Shown: positions 7,597-13,206 of the stretch, piece by piece
How the letters are laid out: each line of letters begins with the position of its first letter
Position numbering within the stretch: the stretch's first letter is position 1
Origin: Nitrospirota bacterium
GTDB lineage: Bacteria > Nitrospirota > UBA9217
Length of the DNA stretch: 13,206 nt
Direction of reading: 5' to 3'
Assembly: GCA_029858565.1 (NCBI GenBank)
Contig: JAOUEV010000076.1
Location: 1-13,206, forward strand
Program-made: the position numbers and the translations under genes
Notes under the pieces: model-generated
What the model was told of the DNA's origin: nothing
The model's input: the letters and a program-made list of their open reading frames with translations, nothing else
Databases searched by the model: none

Positions 7597-8550
7597 GTGA
7601 GTCAGCCACAACAGAAGATAGCTACACGAGACGCATACGGCGACGCTTTGGTCGCCCTGGGCAAGAAACGGGACGACGTGGTGGTGCTGGACGCGGACCT
7701 GTCGGGGTCCACGAAGACCTCGAAGTTCGCCAAGGCTTACCCGGACCGGTTCTTCAACATCGGCATCGCCGAACAGGACATGATGGGAACGGCCGCGGGG
7801 CTGGCAATCGGCGGCAAGCTGCCCTTCGCGAGCACCTTCGCGGTCTTCGCCACCGGACGCGCCTGGGAGCAGATCCGGCAGTCCGTCTGCTACCCGAACC
7901 TGAACGTCAAGGTCGTGGCGAGCCACGCCGGCGTCACCGTGGGCGAGGACGGCGGGTCCCACCAGTCCCTGGAGGACGTGGCCGTGATGCGCGTGATCCC
8001 GAACATGACCGTGATCGTGCCGGCGGACGGACCGGAGACCCAGCAGGCCATCGAGGCCGTGGCCGAATATAAAGGCCCCTGCTACGTGCGCGTGGGCAGG
8101 AACAAGGTGCCGACCATCTGCCCGGAGAACTACCGGTTCAAGATCGGCAAGGCCCACGTGTTCCATGAAGGCAAGGACGTCTGCATCATCGCGACCGGCC
8201 TCATGGTGGCGGAGGCGCTCAAGGCGCGCGACCTGCTCAAGGCCGAGGGGATCGACGCCGGGGTGATCAACATGTCCACGATCAAGCCGCTGGACAATGA
8301 CGCGGTCATCGCCGCGGCAAAGCGCTGCGGCGCCATCGTGACCGCGGAAGAGCACTCCATCATCGGCGGTCTGGGCGGCGCGGTGGCCGAGGCGCTGTCC
8401 GAGTCCGCTCCCGCACCGCTGGTGCGCATCGGCACCCGGGACCAGTTCGGCACGTCAGGCGATCCCGACGGCCTGCTGAAGCACTATAAACTTTCGGCGG
8501 AAGACATCCGCGAAGGAGCGAAGGAAGCGGTAAAGAAAAAGAAGCGGTAA
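7597..8550 (+). CDS. Transketolase, C-terminal subunit (pyrimidine-binding and C-terminal domains)
   Basis: GTG start after GGAGG (7588-7592). Motifs TRDAYG, LDADL, NIGIAEQ, GEDGGSHQ, GPCYVR, TIKPLD and TAEEHSIIGGLG. Confidence 0.95.
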   Translation: MSQPQQKIATRDAYGDALVALGKKRDDVVVLDADLSGSTKTSKFAKAYPDRFFNIGIAEQDMMGTAAGLAIGGKLPFASTFAVFATGRAWEQIRQSVCYPNLNVKVVASHAGVTVGEDGGSHQSLEDVAVMRVIPNMTVIVPADGPETQQAIEAVAEYKGPCYVRVGRNKVPTICPENYRFKIGKAHVFHEGKDVCIIATGLMVAEALKARDLLKAEGIDAGVINMSTIKPLDNDAVIAAAKRCGAIVTAEEHSIIGGLGGAVAEALSESAPAPLVRIGTRDQFGTSGDPDGLLKHYKLSAEDIREGAKEAVKKKKR

Positions 8551-8619
8551 GGGGTCAGGGGTAAGGGGTAAGGAAAGATCCACACATCACCCGTTACTCC
8601 TCACGTCCCGCCTCTCATG
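8546..8619. repeat. Heptamer tandem repeat (GGTMAGG)x4 followed by degenerate complementary heptamers
   Basis: GGTAAGG GGTCAGG GGTAAGG GGTAAGG at 8546-8573. Then CATCACC CGTTACT CCTCACG TCCCGCC TCTCATG at 8585-8619; the first three each match the reverse complement CCTTACC at 5 of 7 positions. Confidence 0.7.
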
Positions 8620-8626
8620 GTAATTC

Positions 8627-9336
<710 letters not shown>

Positions 9337-9340
<4 letters not shown>

Positions 9341-10224
9341 GGGGCTACGGACCGATCTTCTACCTGCTCGAGGCCTACCGGGGCCTGCGTTCCAACAGCC
9401 TGGTCAACGCGCTCGCCCTGGGCACGATCTGCATGGCCATGCTCATTGTCGGCTTCTCCCTCCTGGTGTTCCTGAACCTCACTACCGCTGTGCGCGCCAT
9501 GGGCGACCGTCTCGAGATGTCGGTTTTTCTAAAGGACGGCCTTTCCCCGTCGGACCGGGACCTGTTGCTGACGCGGCTCAAGTCCGAGTCCGGGGTGCGC
9601 AAGGCCGCGCTGGTGACAAAGGACCAGGCGCTGACGCAGCTCATCCGCGACATGAAGGGCCAGGAAAAGCTCTTCCAGTCCCTGGGCGAGAACCCGCTCC
9701 CCGATTCCTACGAACTGACCATCGATCCGGCCTATGCCGGTGACGGGAAGATGGAAGGCATCGCGAAGCGGATCGCGGGATTCTTCGGGGTGGAGGACGT
9801 GTCCTACGGCAAGCAGGGCGCCGAGATGCTCGGCAAGCTTCTGCGGCTGGTGACCTACGGGGGGATGTTCCTCGCGGTCCTGCTCGGCGTGTCCGTGGTG
9901 TTCATCATTTCCAACTCGGTGCGCCTGGCGCTCTATTCGCGGGGCCAGGAGATCGAGCTCATGCAGTGGATCGGCGCCACCCGGTGGTTCGTCACCGCGC
10001 CCTTTCTGGTCGAAGGGATCCTCATCACCACGCTCGGCGCGTCCCTTGCCGTGGGCATCCTCGCAGGATTGTTCCACGCCCTGCCCGGGGACGCCATGCT
10101 CTTCCTTTCCGGTCCCGGCGGATTCCAGTTCCTGCCGACGGGCGTGATCGTGCTCATGATCGGCGGCTGCGGCCTGCTGGGGCTGGCGGGCGGGCTGGTG
10201 TCGGTGAACAAGTTCCTGGATTAG
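9337..10224 (+). CDS. ftsX: Cell division permease FtsX
   Basis: One N-terminal TM segment, periplasmic loop with ENPLPDS, three C-terminal hydrophobic segments, and motif ISNSVRLALYSRGQEIELMQWIGATRWFVTAPFLVEG. Confidence 0.93.
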
Positions 10225-10235
10225 AACGTTTTCCC

Positions 10236-10339
10236 GACACTGAGGACACTGAAAGTGCGTTGACACAGAAGAGGCGGATGAACTTTCTGAAAAGGCATGA
10301 TCAGGATTTTTCATAGGTTCTTTCAGAGTCCTCAGTGTC
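10236..10339. repeat. 104-bp element with 20-bp terminal inverted repeats made of 9-nt tandem units (MITE/REP-like)
   Basis: GACACTGAGGACACTGAAAG (10236-10255) versus CTTTCAGAGTCCTCAGTGTC (10320-10339): 19 of 20 complementary. A third degenerate unit GACACAGAA lies at 10262-10270. Confidence 0.85.
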
Positions 10340-10364
10340 AAAAAAGTAAGTTTCTACCTCCTCG

Positions 10365-11531
10365 ATGCTACAACGAACCTCCATACTCATCTTCTCCCTG
10401 CTCGCCCTGCTGACCTTTTCGCCGGCATTGGCCGGGGACGACGACGCCAGGCAGCAGGAGCTCAAGCGCATCAAGCAGGAGATGGCCGAGAAGAAGAAGA
10501 AGCTCAAGCGCGCGGGGCGCAAGGAGCGGTCCACCCTGTCGGAGCTCGAGAAGATCGACCGGGCGATCCACGCGGGCGGGGCGGAGCTCGCGGAGCAGCA
10601 GATCAAGCTCCGCGAAGCCGAGACCGCGCTTGCGGGCATGGAGCAGGACCGCGAGAGGATCGCCGGGGAGATCGGACGCCTCAGGCCGCTCTTTGCGGCC
10701 CGGCTCCGCGCCCTGTACAAGGTCCAGCGGAGCGGGGGATTCGCGCTCGCCCTGCTGTCGTCGGAGAACATCGATACCGCCACGCGGCGGGCGCGGGCGC
10801 TGGCCGTGATCGCGAACCGGGACCAGCGGCTGATCGCCGAATACCAGGAGACCCTGCGGCGTCTTGAGACGACCCGGGAGGAGCTCAAGGACCGGCAGGC
10901 GGAGATCCGCGGCCGCACCGAAGCGGTCGCGTCAAAGCGCGCTTCCCTTGAGGAGCGGCGCAAGAAAAAGCGGACCCTGCTCGCCTCGATCAAGCAGGAG
11001 AAAAGCTCCTATGAAGAGACGCTCCGGGAGCTCGAGGAATCGTCGATCAACCTCTGGGCCATGATCCACGAGGCGGAAAAGGAGCGTGCCGCGGCCGCCA
11101 GGCGGAAGCAGGAGGCGCCGCAGCCCCGGGTGTCGGGACGCGGTGCCCTTCCCTGGCCCGTCCAGGGACCGGTGCTCACGCGGTTCGGCACGCAGCGCCA
11201 TCCCCAGTTCGGCACGGTGGTCTATCGCCGGGGGATCGAGATCCAGGCGCAGGAAGGCGAGGAAGTGCGGACCGTGTCAGCGGGGCAGGTCGCTTTCGCG
11301 GACTGGTACAAGGGATACGGCAGGCTCGTGATCGTGGACCACGGGGACGGCCTCTACACGCTCTACGGCCACCTGTCGGTGCTGAACACGTCTGCGGGCG
11401 ACCGGGTGGAGCGGGGCCAGGTGGTCGGCCGGGCCGGGGACACGGGCAGCTTCGCCGGCCCGCGGCTCTACTTTGAGCTGCGCAGGAACGGAGTGGCCCA
11501 GGACCCCCTGCTCTGGCTGGCAAAACAGTGA
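10365..11531 (+). CDS. envC: Murein hydrolase activator EnvC family (coiled coil plus degenerate M23/LytM domain)
   Basis: Signal peptide ending SPALA, long charged coiled coil, then M23 domain LPWPVQG...GIEI...GQVAFADWYKGYGRLVIVDHG...LYGHL...LYFELR. Zinc ligands are degenerate. Lies directly after ftsEX. Confidence 0.88.
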   Translation: MLQRTSILIFSLLALLTFSPALAGDDDARQQELKRIKQEMAEKKKKLKRAGRKERSTLSELEKIDRAIHAGGAELAEQQIKLREAETALAGMEQDRERIAGEIGRLRPLFAARLRALYKVQRSGGFALALLSSENIDTATRRARALAVIANRDQRLIAEYQETLRRLETTREELKDRQAEIRGRTEAVASKRASLEERRKKKRTLLASIKQEKSSYEETLRELEESSINLWAMIHEAEKERAAAARRKQEAPQPRVSGRGALPWPVQGPVLTRFGTQRHPQFGTVVYRRGIEIQAQEGEEVRTVSAGQVAFADWYKGYGRLVIVDHGDGLYTLYGHLSVLNTSAGDRVERGQVVGRAGDTGSFAGPRLYFELRRNGVAQDPLLWLAKQ

Positions 11532-11537
11532 CCGCCG

Positions 11538-11546
11538 TGGTATTAT
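11538..11546 (+). promoter_or_regulatory. Possible extended -10 promoter for ctpA
   Basis: TGgTATTAT in an AT-rich spacer. Only a weak -35 (TGGCAA, 11518-11523) at 17 bp. Confidence 0.45.
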
Positions 11547-11602
11547 AGTGAAAATCATTTTACGGAGCGTTCGCTATGACGATGGATCCGGAGGAGAAAG
11601 AC

Positions 11603-13030
11603 ATGATCAAGTTGAACAAGAAGCGGCTGCTGGTCACAGCCCTGATCCTGGTCGTGCTCGGCACGGTAACGCTGTTCACGACCGGTTTCGTGGTCGGGCA
11701 CAAGGTGGCCCATGCCAAGACCGACGCCTACGAGGACCTGCGCGCGTTCACGCGGGCGCTCGAGCTCATCAAGAGCAATTACGTGGAGGACCCGAGCACC
11801 AAGGAACTGATCCAGGGCGCGATCCGGGGCATGGTCTCGAGCCTGGACCCCCACTCGTCCTACATGACCGAGCGGGCCTTCAAAGAGATCAACATGGACA
11901 TCAAGGGCGAGTTCCAGGGCGTGGGCATCCAGATCGGGATCAAGAACCAGCAGCTCACGGTGATCTCGCCCATCGAGGACACGCCTGCGGACCGGGCAGG
12001 GCTCGCCGCGGCCGACAAGATCATGAAGATCAACGACGAGTGGACCAAGGACATGTCCATAGAAGAGGCCGTGGACAAGATGCGCGGGCCCAAGGGCACC
12101 CAGGTGCGGCTCCTGATCTACCGCGAGGGCTGGGACAAACCCAAGGAGTTCAAGATCACCCGCGACGTGATCAAGGTCGCGAGCGTCAAGTCCCGGATGC
12201 TTGAAGGCGACATCGGCTATGTCAAGATCATCCAGTTCCAGGGCAGGACGTCCCAGGACGTGGAAGCTGCCATGAAGAAGCTCGAGGACAAGGGCATGAA
12301 GCGCCTGGTGCTTGACATGCGGAACAATCCCGGCGGACTGCTGGACCAGTCGGTGGACGTGAGCAGCCTCTTCCTTCCCAAGGACAAGCTGGTGGTCTAT
12401 CTCCAGGGCAGGAAAAAGGACGACCGCAAGGACTTCCTGGCAACAGGAGACTTCACGGTCCGCGACTATCCCGTGGTGGTGCTCGTGAACACCGGTTCGG
12501 CCAGCGCCTCGGAGATCGTAGCCGGGGCCCTGCAGGACTCGAAGCGCGCCGTGGTGGTCGGCACCCAGACCTTTGGCAAGGGCTCGGTCCAGACCGTGTT
12601 CCCCCTTGACGGCGGCACGGGCATCCGTCTCACGACCGCCAAGTACTACACGCCCAGCGGCCGGTCGATCCAGAACGTGGGCATCACCCCGGACGTCGAG
12701 GTGAAGCTCCCGAAGGTCAACGGCAAGAACGGCGAGAACGCCCACATCGTGGTGCGCGAGAAGGACCTGGAGCGGCATCTCAAGAACGAGACCGTGAAGG
12801 AGCCCGAGAAGAAGACGGATAAGAAGCAGGAATCGGGCGAGGACGAGCTGGTGATGGAGGCGGTGCCCAAGGACGACAAGGAGGATATCCAGCTCCAGAA
12901 GGCGATCGCCCTGCTCAAGACCGGCGACATATTCAAGAACCTGCCGCCGAAGAAGGAGCAGGAGGCGAAGAAGGAAGAGAAGAAGGAAGAGAAGAAGGAA
13001 GAGAAGAAGGAAGAGAAGAAGGAAGAATAG
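11603..13030 (+). CDS. ctpA: Carboxy-terminal processing protease (peptidase S41A) with PDZ domain
   Basis: ATG 11603 follows GGAGGAG and is preferred over 11576. N-terminal signal/TM segment, SLDPHS, PDZ GVGIQI...PADRAGL, DMRNNPGG, catalytic SASASE and FGKGSVQ, and TTAKYYTPSGRSIQ..GITPD. Confidence 0.95.
   Translation: MIKLNKKRLLVTALILVVLGTVTLFTTGFVVGHKVAHAKTDAYEDLRAFTRALELIKSNYVEDPSTKELIQGAIRGMVSSLDPHSSYMTERAFKEINMDIKGEFQGVGIQIGIKNQQLTVISPIEDTPADRAGLAAADKIMKINDEWTKDMSIEEAVDKMRGPKGTQVRLLIYREGWDKPKEFKITRDVIKVASVKSRMLEGDIGYVKIIQFQGRTSQDVEAAMKKLEDKGMKRLVLDMRNNPGGLLDQSVDVSSLFLPKDKLVVYLQGRKKDDRKDFLATGDFTVRDYPVVVLVNTGSASASEIVAGALQDSKRAVVVGTQTFGKGSVQTVFPLDGGTGIRLTTAKYYTPSGRSIQNVGITPDVEVKLPKVNGKNGENAHIVVREKDLERHLKNETVKEPEKKTDKKQESGEDELVMEAVPKDDKEDIQLQKAIALLKTGDIFKNLPPKKEQEAKKEEKKEEKKEEKKEEKKEE
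12967..13026 (+). repeat. Perfect 12-bp tandem repeat (GAAGAAGGAAGA)x5 encoding (KKEE)5 at the CtpA C-terminus
   Basis: Five identical units start at 12967, 12979, 12991, 13003 and 13015. The tract is all purine. Confidence 0.95.
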
Positions 13031-13070
13031 GAATAGTTGCCGCACAGGGCGGAAACCTATGAGATGTGAT

Positions 13071-13106
13071 AAGGAGCAGGGCTTGATGCCCTGCTCCTTT
13101 TTTATT
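13071..13106 (+). terminator. Rho-independent terminator downstream of ctpA
   Basis: Stem AAGGAGCAGGGC (13071-13082) / GCCCTGCTCCTT (13088-13099), loop TTGAT, T-tract TTTTTTATT (13098-13106). Confidence 0.9.
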
Positions 13107-13206
13107 GTGCGCCCAGCATGGGCGCACTCCTATGGGTGCAAGTCCCATCGTAAGTTGATCACGACGAACGAAGCGAAGCGCAACTGCATGAGGGCGACCG
13201 AGTGTG
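13107..13206 (+). mobile_element. 5' end (domain I) of a group II intron, probably class IIC; runs off the window
   Basis: Starts with the canonical GUGYG (GTGCG), in the IIC-type context GTGCGCCCAGCATGGGCGC. Followed by hairpin ATGGG-TGCAAGT-CCCAT and a GG-GCGA-CC GNRA tetraloop (13192-13199). Lies immediately after a terminator stem and T-tract, the characteristic IIC target. Confidence 0.82.

Noticed and set aside
6650-8550. Transketolase as a broken pseudogene, or as DXP synthase
   Set aside because: Two-subunit transketolases are a well-known form. Both halves have their own RBS and intact motifs, and STGSLGQG and GEDGGSHQ fit the split transketolase family.
12967-13026. Repeat as a CRISPR array or perfect mirror-repeat triplex
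   Set aside because: No spacers, in-frame coding repeat, and the 12-bp unit is not mirror-symmetric over long range.
11555-13045. 496-aa minus-strand ORF starting with (LLFL)n, which looks like a signal peptide
   Set aside because: It is the reverse complement of ctpA, and the hydrophobic run is just the antisense reading of the KKEE repeat.

Overview
GC-rich bacterial chromosomal window, probably from a diderm such as a Nitrospirota or deltaproteobacterial lineage (inferred from gene content only). In order, it holds: (1) the 3' ~5.5 kb of a giant, 5'-truncated envelope protein with Ig/SdrD-B-like, DUF11 and OmpA-like domains and a long C-terminal probable beta-barrel; (2) a 59-aa hypothetical gene with its own promoter, RBS and terminator; (3) tRNA-Leu(CAA) on the minus strand; (4) a divergent, co-oriented gene run: Pro-rich hypothetical (RomY-like), split transketolase (N and C halves), ftsE, ftsX, envC-like degenerate M23 protein and ctpA (S41 protease with a (KKEE)5 tail); (5) an intrinsic terminator followed immediately by the 5' end of a probable class IIC group II intron. 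The least explained signal is a set of three unrelated long inverted repeats, each built from short tandem units (8-9, 7 and 9 nt), lying in three spacers of the housekeeping gene run. All family assignments come from motif recognition by eye; no database search was run.
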